Assembly (NCBI GenBank): GCA_040290365.1
Contig: PSNA01000003.1
Location: forward strand, 138,737 to 170,736
DNA length: 32,000 nucleotides
Source: Candidatus Fervidibacterota bacterium
GTDB taxonomy: Bacteria; Armatimonadota; Fervidibacteria; Fervidibacterales; Fervidibacteraceae
Reading direction: 5' to 3'
Shown here piece by piece: positions 1 to 8,701 of the stretch. A program made the translations under genes and the position numbers. Each line of letters opens with the position of its first letter. Position 1 is the stretch's first letter. Under the pieces are notes generated by a model that saw only the letters and a list, made by a program, of their open reading frames with translations, made no database searches and was not told where the DNA came from.

Positions 1-468
1 GCAGAACCAACTAAATTGCCCCCTGAAAAGCAGCCGAACATCGCCGTTGTGTGTGCGGGCACTGCTGATTTGCCGATTGCGGAAGAAGCAGCGCTGACCG
101 CTGAGTATTCCGGCTGTCAAGTCGCCCGCATCAGTGATGTAGGCGTGGCAGGTATCCATCGGTTATTGGAGCATTTGCCCCTTTTGGAGCGGGCAGATGT
201 GTTGGTGGTCGTGGCGGGCATGGAGGGCTCTTTGCCCAGTGTGGTGGCAGGGCTAATGTGGCAACCTGTCATTGCCGTGCCCACCAGCGTTGGTTACGGC
301 GCCAGTTTTCACGGGCTTTCTGCCCTCTTGACCATGCTCAATGCGTGCGCACCGGGCATCGCCGTCGTCAACATTGACAACGGTTTCGGTGCTGGCTACC
401 TTGCCGCCCTTATCGGGCGGATGGTAAAAGGCGCCCTCACAATCCCAAAGTCGTTTCAATCCCGCTAG
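1..468 (+). CDS. larB: Nickel-pincer cofactor biosynthesis protein LarB (PurE/AIR-carboxylase-like); 5' end lies outside the window
   Basis: Frame 1 is open from base 1. The translation ([78 protein letters not shown]) matches the conserved LarB/PurE-class core. The last five codons (SFQSR, stop) are encoded by the dispersed repeat. Confidence 0.8.
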   Translation, partial: AEPTKLPPEKQPNIAVVCAGTADLPIAEEAALTAEYSGCQVARISDVGVAGIHRLLEHLPLLERADVLVVVAGMEGSLPSVVAGLMWQPVIAVPTSVGYGASFHGLSALLTMLNACAPGIAVVNIDNGFGAGYLAALIGRMVKGALTIPKSFQSR

Positions 469-497
469 TTTCAATCCCACTATGGTGCGATTGCTAC
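453..497 (-). repeat. Dispersed 30-nt GTAG-headed hairpin repeat, copy 1 (full unit 468-497, 15-nt partial reiteration 453-467)
   Basis: The + strand reads GTTTCAATCCCGCTA then GTTTCAATCCCACTATGGTGCGATTGCTAC. The full unit is identical to 5321-5350. The larB stop (466-468) and the rpsA stop (494-496) both lie inside it. Confidence 0.9.
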
Positions 498-1687
498 GCC
501 GACCCAGATTCTCGCTCGGTTTGTCCAAGCTTCGGGAACACATCGCCCAGAGTGATTGGGGGGGAAGGCTGACGCTGCATGTATTCCCGAAGCTGCTGTC
601 GCTCTTGTTCTTGCGTCACTTGCCGTATGCTCAAAAGGATGCGGCGCTTGTCAGGTTCCACTTGGTAAACCTTCGCTTCCACTTCCTGTCCGACCTTCAC
701 AATGTCTTCGGCTCGGACATTGCGACGGGTTGACAGTTCATTGTTGGGGATGACGCCCTCTATGCCGGTGGGAAGTCGGACGAAGACCCCAAAGGGCACG
801 ATGCGGGTAACGGTGCCCTTGACTTTCGCCCCAACAGGATAATCTTTGTCAGCGGTTCGCCATGGGTCAGGGAGCAAGGGTTTCAGACTGAGGGAGATGC
901 GGGGACCTTCAGGGTCAATTTTGATGACGGCGACCTGAATGCGTTGTCCTTCCCTCACCACTTCCGAGGGGTGATTGACTCGCGTCCATCCCATTTCACT
1001 GACATGGAGCAGCCCGTCAATCCCGCCTAAGTCCACAAAAGCCCCAAAATCGGTGATGCGCCGCACCACACCTTCCACGATAGCGCCTTCGTATAACTTG
1101 GACAGCGTTTCCTGTCGTCGGCGCTCTCGGTCTTCCTCCAAGGCGACTTTATTGGAGCAAAGGACGCGCCGTCGGTCTCGGTCAATCTCAATGATTTTGA
1201 CCTTAATGGTGCGTCCAATGAAGTGTTCTAACCGCCAACCAGGCGGGATGGCAACTTGGGAGGCAGGGACGAACCCATCTACGCCTAAGTCTACCAAAAG
1301 CCCGCCTTTGATGCGGTCTTTGACCATCACTTGCAAAATTTCGCCATTCTCATAGGCTTCCTGAACTCGCTTCCATGCCCGCTCGTAGTCAGCGCGGCGT
1401 TTGGAGAGAAGGACCATCCCCTCCGTCTCTTCGGCTTTGGATTCGGGGCGCAGGACATAGACTTCCACTTCGTCACCCACTTTGGCTTCTTCCAAAGGAT
1501 TCCCGCCCCACTCAATGGCGGGGATGAAGCCCTCCGCCTTCCCACCGATGTCCACCATGACACCGTCTTCGCGAACTTGAACGATGCGTCCCTTGAGGAT
1601 GTCCCCTGTGCGGACTGGCTGGAGAGCGGCTAAGGCTTCTACCAATTCGTCACGCTCTTCCATAGGTGCCACAGTCGGTTCGCTCAT
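494..1687 (-). CDS. rpsA: 30S ribosomal protein S1 (four S1 domains)
   Basis: 397 aa with repeated S1-domain signatures (GRIVQVREDGVMVDIGGKAEGFIP, GFVPASQV, GVVRRITDFGAFVDLGGIDGLLHVSEM, GTVTRIVPFGVFVRL). Confidence 0.9.
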   Translation of the reverse strand: MSEPTVAPMEERDELVEALAALQPVRTGDILKGRIVQVREDGVMVDIGGKAEGFIPAIEWGGNPLEEAKVGDEVEVYVLRPESKAEETEGMVLLSKRRADYERAWKRVQEAYENGEILQVMVKDRIKGGLLVDLGVDGFVPASQVAIPPGWRLEHFIGRTIKVKIIEIDRDRRRVLCSNKVALEEDRERRRQETLSKLYEGAIVEGVVRRITDFGAFVDLGGIDGLLHVSEMGWTRVNHPSEVVREGQRIQVAVIKIDPEGPRISLSLKPLLPDPWRTADKDYPVGAKVKGTVTRIVPFGVFVRLPTGIEGVIPNNELSTRRNVRAEDIVKVGQEVEAKVYQVEPDKRRILLSIRQVTQEQERQQLREYMQRQPSPPITLGDVFPKLGQTERESGSA

Positions 1688-1757
1688 TTCTGTATCCCCC
1701 TCGTCGGTCTGAAATTCCTGTCATTGTCGCCTTGCTGCGACTGACATGGCAATGCGG

Positions 1758-4475
1758 TCACAAAATCTGCTCCATCTCGCCCCAGTTGTTGCCGACTTTA
1801 ATTTCGGCAACCAGCGGCACTGTTAGTCGGAACACGCTTTCCATCGTCCGCTTGACAAACGTTGCAACTTCCAAAACGTGTTGCTCTGACACTTCCAGCA
1901 GTAACTCGTCGTGCACTTGCAGAGTCATTTTAGCATCGTAACCCCGTTCTTTCAAACCGCGCCACACAGCGACCATAGCGGCTTTCATAATATCAGCGCT
2001 GGAGCCTTGAACCGGCGTGTTGATGGCAGCCCGCTTGGCAGCTTCTTGTAACCGTTGGTCGGTATTGTCAATGTCGGGCAGGAAACGGCGGCGGCCGGAG
2101 AGCGTGCGCACGAATTTATGTTCACGAGCGAAGGCAACGATGCGGTCAATGTAGTCTTTAACCTTTGGGAACCGCTCAAAGAAGCGCTCAATAAGTCGTT
2201 GGGCTTCTTCGGGTTCAATTCCCAGTTGTTGTGCCAAACCGGCGGCGCTAATCCCGTAAGCGATGCCGAAGTTGAGGACTTTCGCTTTACGGCGCATCTC
2301 TTCGGTGACTTCTTCGGGCTTGACACCGAAAACACTCACGGCGGCTTGAGTATGGATGTCTTCGCCCCGCTCAAAGGCGTGACAGAGGGCGTCATCGCCG
2401 GAAAGGTGAGCGAGGATGCGCAACTCAATTTGCGAGTAGTCAGCGCTGATAAGTCGGTAGCCTTTCGGAGCGATGAAAGCGCGCCGAATTTTCTTGCCCC
2501 AATCGCCTTTCGCCGGGATGTTTTGCAGGTTCGGCTCGGAAGATGCCAGCCGTCCTGTTGCCGTTCCTGTTTGGTCATAGGTGGTGTGGACGCGGTGGAA
2601 CTCGTCAGCGGCGCTCAACAACCCTTCCACAAAGGTGCTCTTTAATTTCGTGAGCTCCCGAAATTCCAGCACCCACCTTGCAATTTCGTGCTCTTTCGCC
2701 AACGCTTCTAACACAGGGGCTGCTGTTGACAATCGCCCACTCGGCGTTCTCTTCGGCGAGGGCAACTTCAACCGGTTGAACAGCACTTCGGCTAACTGCT
2801 TTTGGGAGTGGATGTTAAAGCGGATGCCTGCCAGTTGGTAAATGCGCTCTTCCACTTGGCGACTGGCGAAAAGCAATTCTTTGTCCAGCCAGCGCAAATA
2901 GCCCACATCTATCAAAACCCCGTGCCGTTCCATGTCCATCAGAACGAAGAGCAACGGCATTTCCACCCGCTCCCACAGTTCCCACATCTTTTCTTCCCGA
3001 ACGTCCCGCTCCAAGAGGGGAGCAAGTTCTGAGAGGGTAAGGGCGCGCTCGCAAAGGCTGGCGGCAGAAGGAGCGATGTGGAGCGTTGGTGTTTGCCATG
3101 CAATTTGCCATTTGGTTGTTGTCCGCCGCTCCAATGCGATGGAGACAAGGTCGTAGTCCCTCTGTCCGGGATGGAGCAAGTAAGCGAGCAACTTGGTGTC
3201 GGCAAAGCCGTGAGGGCTCTGCCCCAATCGCTCCACCTCTTCTTCCCTTAACCGCAACGGATGGAGCATCTCCTTGAAGCCGTGCCCTTCCTTGACAACG
3301 CTCGGGTCGCTTAACAGGGTCAACAAACGCTCTCGCACAGGTGAGGAAGAGGGAAGGGCTGTTGGTGTGTGGGTGGAAAGCAAACCGTTCGCTTCCACTT
3401 CTTCCAATGTCTTTGTGTCCGTCACATAGACGACTTGGTTGCCCCAGGCAAGGGCGAAACCCCGCAAGGTGGCAGTGCGAGAAGCGCCCATGATGTCCAG
3501 TGCGATGGCGACGCGTCCGTGCTGGCGGACGGCTTTCAAAACGTCTTGCCATTCCTGCTCGGTCGCAACGATGCGCCCTATAACTGCCTGCTGGTCACCG
3601 AGAAGGTCCATTAAGCCCAATTCCGTAAGCAAAGTGCGCATCTCCAATCGGAGAAGCATTTGAGCCGTTTCCTTCGTGCGCAGCCGCCACTTGCTGACTT
3701 CTAACTTCGGTAGGTCAAGGGCGAGGGGGGCATCCGTTTTGATGGTCGCTAACTGCTTGCACAATTTGGCTTGCTCGGCGAAACGGGCAAGATGTTCTCG
3801 TAAGCGGGGAACCGGGATTTGGGAAGCGTTTTCCAGCACCCCCTCCAGCGAGCCGAATTGTTGGAGCAATTCTTTGGCGGTTTTCTGGCCAATACCGGGC
3901 ACACCGGGCAGATTGTCCGAAGGGTCGCCGGCTAATCCTTTCAGGTCAGGGACAAGGTGGGGCGGAACGCCGAATTCCTGACGAACCCGTTCGGTGTCGT
4001 AGCGTTCCATCTCGCTGATGCCCCGCTTTGGCATCAAAACAATCACGCCATCACCGACCAGTTGAAGGGCATCCATGTCACTGGTGACCAGCACCACTTC
4101 CACGCCCTTCTGTCGGGCTTTTTGGACGGCAGCCCCCATCAAATCGTCGGCTTCGTAGCCCTCCAGCTCCCAAAAAGGGATGCCCAGCGTTTTGAGCACC
4201 TGTTTGAGCAATGCCACTTGCGGTCGGAAGGCGTCGGGGGCTTTCGCTCGGGTGGCTTTGTAGTCAGGGAAGGAACGATGGCGGAAAGTAGGGGTCGGAG
4301 CGTCAAAGGTGACGACGAGGTAATCGGGGCGCTCTTCCCGCCACAACTTCAGCAGCATCCGCAAGAAGCCGTAAAGGGCGTTGGTGGGCGTACCGTCCTT
4401 CGTGGAAAGTGGCGGGACGGCGAAGAAAGCACGATACAGCAAACTATGCCCGTCAATGATGACCAATTTCGCCAC
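1758..4475 (-). CDS. polA: DNA polymerase I
   Basis: 905 aa. It has an N-terminal 5'-nuclease domain (LVIIDGHSLLYRAFFA, GDPSDNLPGVPGIGQKTA) and family-A polymerase motifs (ISADYSQIELRILAH, RRKAKVLNFGIAYG, QVHDELLLEV). GTG start at 4475 follows AGGTGA by 6 nt. Confidence 0.95.
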   Translation of the reverse strand: MAKLVIIDGHSLLYRAFFAVPPLSTKDGTPTNALYGFLRMLLKLWREERPDYLVVTFDAPTPTFRHRSFPDYKATRAKAPDAFRPQVALLKQVLKTLGIPFWELEGYEADDLMGAAVQKARQKGVEVVLVTSDMDALQLVGDGVIVLMPKRGISEMERYDTERVRQEFGVPPHLVPDLKGLAGDPSDNLPGVPGIGQKTAKELLQQFGSLEGVLENASQIPVPRLREHLARFAEQAKLCKQLATIKTDAPLALDLPKLEVSKWRLRTKETAQMLLRLEMRTLLTELGLMDLLGDQQAVIGRIVATEQEWQDVLKAVRQHGRVAIALDIMGASRTATLRGFALAWGNQVVYVTDTKTLEEVEANGLLSTHTPTALPSSSPVRERLLTLLSDPSVVKEGHGFKEMLHPLRLREEEVERLGQSPHGFADTKLLAYLLHPGQRDYDLVSIALERRTTTKWQIAWQTPTLHIAPSAASLCERALTLSELAPLLERDVREEKMWELWERVEMPLLFVLMDMERHGVLIDVGYLRWLDKELLFASRQVEERIYQLAGIRFNIHSQKQLAEVLFNRLKLPSPKRTPSGRLSTAAPVLEALAKEHEIARWVLEFRELTKLKSTFVEGLLSAADEFHRVHTTYDQTGTATGRLASSEPNLQNIPAKGDWGKKIRRAFIAPKGYRLISADYSQIELRILAHLSGDDALCHAFERGEDIHTQAAVSVFGVKPEEVTEEMRRKAKVLNFGIAYGISAAGLAQQLGIEPEEAQRLIERFFERFPKVKDYIDRIVAFAREHKFVRTLSGRRRFLPDIDNTDQRLQEAAKRAAINTPVQGSSADIMKAAMVAVWRGLKERGYDAKMTLQVHDELLLEVSEQHVLEVATFVKRTMESVFRLTVPLVAEIKVGNNWGEMEQIL

Positions 4476-4550
4476 TGCGTTTCACCTGCCTTGGGAAAAA
4501 ACCATCCACCAAATTCTAGCGCCTTAAGCACCTGCGCCGCAAAATGAGTC

Positions 4551-4594
4551 GTAGCAATCGCACCATAGTGGGATTGAAAGAGTGGGATTGAAAG
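4551..4594 (+). repeat. Dispersed 30-nt hairpin repeat, copy 2 (full unit 4551-4580, 14-nt partial reiteration 4581-4594)
   Basis: GTAGCAATCGCACCATAGTGGGATTGAAAG followed directly by AGTGGGATTGAAAG. This is the reverse complement of the 5321-5350 unit apart from the terminal base. It abuts the stop codon (4595-4597) of the membrane-protein gene. Confidence 0.9.
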
Positions 4595-5293
4595 CTAGGC
4601 AACTGTCTGCAAGACACGGTAGATGATGAAAGCCAACGGCAAGCCGACAAGGGAAGGAAGGAGCAAAGTCAAAATGGCTTGACTGAGGGAGAAGCGGTAA
4701 GTTTCCCGAACAGCGACAACGGTAAGGACGAGCCACCATGCGTGGACACCCAAGGCGAAGACAAACCAAAGATGGCTCACAAAGCCCGTGTTCAAATCTG
4801 GCTCAGCGAGAGCGACAGCGAGGAGGGCAACAGGAAGCACGAGTAGCAAGGGAGAGCAGGCAATAGCCGTGGACGCCAGTAAACTCAACCCCCGTGGTGG
4901 TCCGCCCAGTAACTCCGCCACCAAGTTGAGGATAGCGGCTTTGAGAAACCAGAGAGCAGGCGGGAACACGAAGGCGTAGAAAACCACCCAACCCCACGAT
5001 GGAAGGTTTTTGATGAGCCACGAGGCAACAAACCCACCGTTCTCGTCCGCATAATGAGTGCCTAATGACAAACTGAGCCCTTGCAGCAAAGTGAGCCATA
5101 AGGCGGCAAGGATGGGTTTCTCGTCAGCGGCTCGTTGCAAGGTCGGGACGGGACGAACGAGCACATTCAAGCCCCACCCAAACGCCTCCAAAAAACTTCG
5201 CACAAAACGAGATTGACGCCAAACCCTAAAGCCGCTAACCAATTTCTCCATCGCACCGCTCAGTCGGTCACGAAGAGCGGCAACGCGCTCCAT
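4595..5293 (-). CDS. Multi-pass integral membrane protein, possibly Yip1-domain family
   Basis: 232 aa with about five hydrophobic segments after a charged N-terminal region. AGGTGAG lies 6 nt before the ATG. The family assignment is a recollection, not verified. Confidence 0.45.
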   Translation of the reverse strand: MERVAALRDRLSGAMEKLVSGFRVWRQSRFVRSFLEAFGWGLNVLVRPVPTLQRAADEKPILAALWLTLLQGLSLSLGTHYADENGGFVASWLIKNLPSWGWVVFYAFVFPPALWFLKAAILNLVAELLGGPPRGLSLLASTAIACSPLLLVLPVALLAVALAEPDLNTGFVSHLWFVFALGVHAWWLVLTVVAVRETYRFSLSQAILTLLLPSLVGLPLAFIIYRVLQTVA

Positions 5294-5320
5294 CGTTCAC
5301 TCACCTGCCTGACAGAAAAT

Positions 5321-5350
5321 GTTTCAATCCCACTATGGTGCGATTGCTAC
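5321..5350 (-). repeat. Dispersed 30-nt hairpin repeat, copy 3
   Basis: GTTTCAATCCCACTATGGTGCGATTGCTAC on the + strand. It sits 2 nt from the sppA stop (5353-5355) and 27 nt upstream of the membrane-protein ATG. Confidence 0.9.
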
Positions 5351-5352
5351 AC

Positions 5353-6309
5353 TCACCGTAAGTTTGCCATGCCTTGCCAGAGAAGGGTGGCAAGACCAAG
5401 CCCTAACCGTCCATCCACATGCAAAAGCAACGGGTCATGAAGCAGGGAGCGGGGAAAGGGCGCAAAGGTGTGAGCGCCGAGCAGACGGTCTATCAAGCCC
5501 CGCTTCCGCTGAAGCGTCCAAACGGGGGTATTGTCGGGCAAGTTGGCTTGACGGCGGGCATCCCGCAAGGCATCGTCCAGAGAACCTAATTCGTCCACTA
5601 AGCCCAACCTTTTCGCTTGGCGCCCAGTCAACACACGCCCATCAGCAATTGCCCGAACCTTGTCAAGGGGCAATCTCCGACCTTTCGCCACATCGGCGAT
5701 GAATTGCTCGTGGACATCGTCAAGAAGCCGTTGGAGCAACTCCCGCTCTTGTGGGGTCAGGCTGCGGAAGAAGGAGCCGATGTCCTTGAAACGCCCTGCC
5801 TTCAATGTTTCAGGGCGAACCCCTAAATTCGCTAACAAGCGCTCCACATTGACCGATTGCCAAATCACTCCAATGCTTCCCGTCAGAGTGGACGGGAGGG
5901 CATAGATTTTGTCAGCGGCGCACGCGACATAGTAGCCGCCAGAGGCTGCCACATCGCCCATCGCTGCCACGACAGGGCGTCCCGTGCGCTCTTTAAAGCG
6001 ACGGATGGCAAGGAACATTTCTTGTGCAGCGGCAGCGCTTCCGCCGGGGCTATCCACATAGACCACCAACCCCCGAATGCGGGGATGGCGCGCTGCACTT
6101 TGAAGGAGTTGCGAAACGGTTCGCGCTCCCACAACTTCCACAAGCATCGCCCTTTCGCTTTCGCCCCCTTGCAGCACGCCTTCAATGGGCAATAAGGCGA
6201 TGCCAACGAGAGAGAAAGAGCGAACCGTTATCCCAAGCCAAAGGGCAAGGACAACAGCAATAAGCAAACCCGCACAACCCAAACAACTTCGCCACCGGCT
6301 TCCTTCCAT
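5353..6309 (-). CDS. sppA: Signal peptide peptidase SppA, 36K type (S49 family)
   Basis: 318 aa with an N-terminal TM segment and S49 motifs (VVYVDSPGGSAAAAQEM, AAMGDVAASGGYYVACAADKIYA, GSIGVI). Confidence 0.85.
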   Translation of the reverse strand: MEGSRWRSCLGCAGLLIAVVLALWLGITVRSFSLVGIALLPIEGVLQGGESERAMLVEVVGARTVSQLLQSAARHPRIRGLVVYVDSPGGSAAAAQEMFLAIRRFKERTGRPVVAAMGDVAASGGYYVACAADKIYALPSTLTGSIGVIWQSVNVERLLANLGVRPETLKAGRFKDIGSFFRSLTPQERELLQRLLDDVHEQFIADVAKGRRLPLDKVRAIADGRVLTGRQAKRLGLVDELGSLDDALRDARRQANLPDNTPVWTLQRKRGLIDRLLGAHTFAPFPRSLLHDPLLLHVDGRLGLGLATLLWQGMANLR

Positions 6310-6484
6310 GTCGCATCACCCCGTCGCAAAACGCCCTTTCAGGGCGGGCTGTGAAAAACTTTGTCATGCCCTGCCCTTAACAGTGACCGCTGCTTAGCAC
6401 ACTCGTCACCTTGCGAAAGGTGGGCGAAGGGGCAACAAAATTGTGAGCCTTGTTCGTCAACTTGCCCTTGAGGGGGTAGCAGAA

Positions 6485-6946
6485 ATGACCGTGAAGGTGC
6501 TTGTGGTGCATGGACCCAACTTGAACTTGTTGGGGGAGCGGGAGCCGCAAATTTATGGCTCAGCGAGTTTGGAAGACATCAACGCAGCGCTGGACGGGTT
6601 GGCGAAAGAACTGGACGCCGAATTGCGCATCGTCCAGAGCAACCACGAAGGCGTCCTCATTGACGCCATCCACGAGGCGCGGCATTGGGCGGATGCCATC
6701 CTCATTAACCCCGGCGCCTTCACTCATTACTCCCTCGCTTTGCGAGATGCTCTGGCAGCGGTCGGGCTGCCCGTCGTGGAGGTTCACCTGAGTAACATTC
6801 ATGCCCGCGAGGAATTCCGTCGCTCTTCGGTCATCGCCCCGATTGCCGTCGGGCAAATTTGCGGTTTTGGGGTTGACAGTTATTCCCTGGGGTTGAGGGC
6901 TGCTGTGAGTTATGTTCGGCGGGCGAAAAATCAAGCCCGTCCGTAA
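6485..6946 (+). CDS. aroQ: Type II 3-dehydroquinate dehydratase
   Basis: [50 protein letters not shown] and [14 protein letters not shown] are hallmark AroQ motifs. The ATG at 6485 is preferred over the upstream GTG at 6443 because AroQ proteins begin just before the LVxxGPNLN motif. Confidence 0.9.
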   Translation: MTVKVLVVHGPNLNLLGEREPQIYGSASLEDINAALDGLAKELDAELRIVQSNHEGVLIDAIHEARHWADAILINPGAFTHYSLALRDALAAVGLPVVEVHLSNIHAREEFRRSSVIAPIAVGQICGFGVDSYSLGLRAAVSYVRRAKNQARP

Positions 6947-6958
6947 GGCTTCTGACCG

Positions 6959-7756
6959 TCAGGGGATTACCGACCATTTGCGCCATTGGGGAAAGAGTTG
7001 TCCTGAGGCGGACAACTCAGCCTCAATTTCCCGAAGCATCTGCCAGTCTTCCTCCGTCAAAGGGGCATGGAGGAGCAAATCGGGGCGGCAAAGCAATGTG
7101 CGTTTGAGGGCTTGACGCCGCCGCCATTTGCGGATGGCTTCGTGGTGTCCTGTTACCAGCACTTCGGGCACCGAAAAGCGGCGAAAAACGCGTGGGCGTG
7201 TGTATTGCGGATACTCCAGCAACCCACTCGCAAACGACTCTTCCAATGGCGACTCCTCGTCAATGACGCCGGGAACCAGCCGAGCAACCGCGTCAATGAC
7301 GACCATCGCCGCTGGCTCGCCACCCGTCAAGATGTAATCGCCGACGCTGATTTCGTCCGTGACCAAATGTTCTCGGACCCGCTCGTCCACGCCTTCGTAG
7401 TGCCCACAGAGGAGGAAAAGGACAGGATGAGAGGCTAACTGGTGGGCGACTTTTTGGGTGAAGGGACGACCTTGGGCGCAAAGCAAAATGATGGGCGGAG
7501 GGTGAGGGAGCGCCAATTGTGCCAGTACGCTTTCTACGGCGGCGAAAACAGGCTCAGGTTTGAGCACCAAGCCAGCCCCGCCCCCGTAAGGGTAATCGTC
7601 AACGGTGCGGTGTTTGTCGGTGGCGTAGTCGCGGATATTGTGGCAGACAACCGCTATGTGCCCTTCCCTCAGAGCCCGCCCGATGATGCTGACTTTCAAG
7701 GGCGACTCAAACCACTCTGGAAACAGCGTGAAGATGTGGAAGGTCACCTTCGCCAT
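6959..7756 (-). CDS. trmD: tRNA (guanine37-N1)-methyltransferase
   Basis: 265 aa. [38 protein letters not shown] and [12 protein letters not shown] are typical TrmD motifs. The gene sits downstream of rimM. Confidence 0.9.
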   Translation of the reverse strand: MAKVTFHIFTLFPEWFESPLKVSIIGRALREGHIAVVCHNIRDYATDKHRTVDDYPYGGGAGLVLKPEPVFAAVESVLAQLALPHPPPIILLCAQGRPFTQKVAHQLASHPVLFLLCGHYEGVDERVREHLVTDEISVGDYILTGGEPAAMVVIDAVARLVPGVIDEESPLEESFASGLLEYPQYTRPRVFRRFSVPEVLVTGHHEAIRKWRRRQALKRTLLCRPDLLLHAPLTEEDWQMLREIEAELSASGQLFPQWRKWSVIP

Positions 7757-8325
7757 CGCGGTCGGCGCTTCTTTGGCACCTCCTCGGACAGCAGCCCTTG
7801 TGGAAGGCTTACCACGATTTGCCGTCTCTTAAGGTCCACCGTTTTGACGAAATCCCGCACCATCGGAATCATGCCTCGTTCGGTCACCAACACATCATAG
7901 GCGGGATTTTCGGTGATGTCCAGAACTTCCCCAACAACCTCCCCTTCCTCTGTCACCACCGTCATGCCCAACAGGTCACTCAGCAGGAACTCCCCCTCTT
8001 GCAATTTAGGGCGCCATCCCTTAGGGACTGTCAGAAAGAGCCCGATGCACTGCTTTACGACACCAATGTGCTCCATTTCGGCGAACTTGACAATCCATAT
8101 CCCCCTGCGCTCGTAACAAGTTTGGATGGTCAGCAACTGCCGGCGCCCGGACGGGAGCGCCAGACAGAGTTGGTTGCCAGCAAAGAAAAGTTGATAAGCA
8201 CCCCCATGCAGGGGGCGAACTTTGACGGCCCCTTTGAGCCCATGAGGGCCAACAATTTGCGCCACCGGTTGCGTCCATTCCCGCAAGGCATCAGTGACGA
8301 TAGGCACTTTCTTGCGAACTGGCAC
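7744..8325 (-). CDS. rimM: 16S rRNA processing protein RimM
   Basis: 193 aa with [19 protein letters not shown] near the N-terminus and a PRC-barrel-like C-terminus. It lies in the conserved rpsP-KH-rimM-trmD order and overlaps trmD by 13 nt. Confidence 0.8.
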   Translation of the reverse strand: MPVRKKVPIVTDALREWTQPVAQIVGPHGLKGAVKVRPLHGGAYQLFFAGNQLCLALPSGRRQLLTIQTCYERRGIWIVKFAEMEHIGVVKQCIGLFLTVPKGWRPKLQEGEFLLSDLLGMTVVTEEGEVVGEVLDITENPAYDVLVTERGMIPMVRDFVKTVDLKRRQIVVSLPQGLLSEEVPKKRRPRWRR

Positions 8326-8425
8326 GATGGCTTCCCCCTGTAGACTAAAGGAACCCTTTGAGAGCCGTGAAGGCTCTCGGTCAGGGAGATGTTCGCCTTC
8401 AAAGCCATCAAAAGGCGAAGCGGTT

Positions 8426-8671
8426 TTACAAGATTTCCACTTGCACTTTCTTGCCCATCTTGGTGGCGGCTGCTCTCGCTAAGGTGCGGATGGCGGTGGC
8501 GATGCGCCCTTCCTTCCCAATCACCTTACCCAAGTCTGTGGGCGCCACCTTAACTTCCACGATGACCGTCTTCTCGCCCTCAATCTGTTTAACTTGCACC
8601 TCGCTGGGATTGTCCACGAGAGCGCGCACGATGGTTTCCACCAACTGCCCCAAAGAAGTCCGCTGCTCCAT
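8426..8671 (-). CDS. KH-domain RNA-binding protein (YlqC/UPF0109 family)
   Basis: 81 aa with VIGKEGRIATAIRTL (the GxxG KH motif). It is in the conserved position between rpsP and rimM. AAGGAGGGAG lies upstream of the ATG. Confidence 0.8.
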   Translation of the reverse strand: MEQRTSLGQLVETIVRALVDNPSEVQVKQIEGEKTVIVEVKVAPTDLGKVIGKEGRIATAIRTLARAAATKMGKKVQVEIL

Positions 8672-8701
8672 CTTGCTCCCTCCTTGCCCTTCGGGATTTC
8701 C

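Noticed and set aside
1016-1029. A TCAATCCCGCCTA match to the partial repeat arm (TCAATCCCGCTA), inside rpsA
   Set aside because: Only a 10-nt exact core, with no head or second arm, and it sits in a conserved S1-domain coding region. This is compatible with chance.
2815-3552. A 245-codon alternative-frame ORF inside polA
   Set aside because: It is an out-of-frame overlap with a complete family-A polymerase. The translation is Arg-rich with no motif.
6443-6484. An N-terminal extension of aroQ from the GTG at 6443
   Set aside because: AroQ homologues start a few residues before the [12 protein letters not shown] motif. The ATG at 6485 gives that architecture and the extension has no conserved features.
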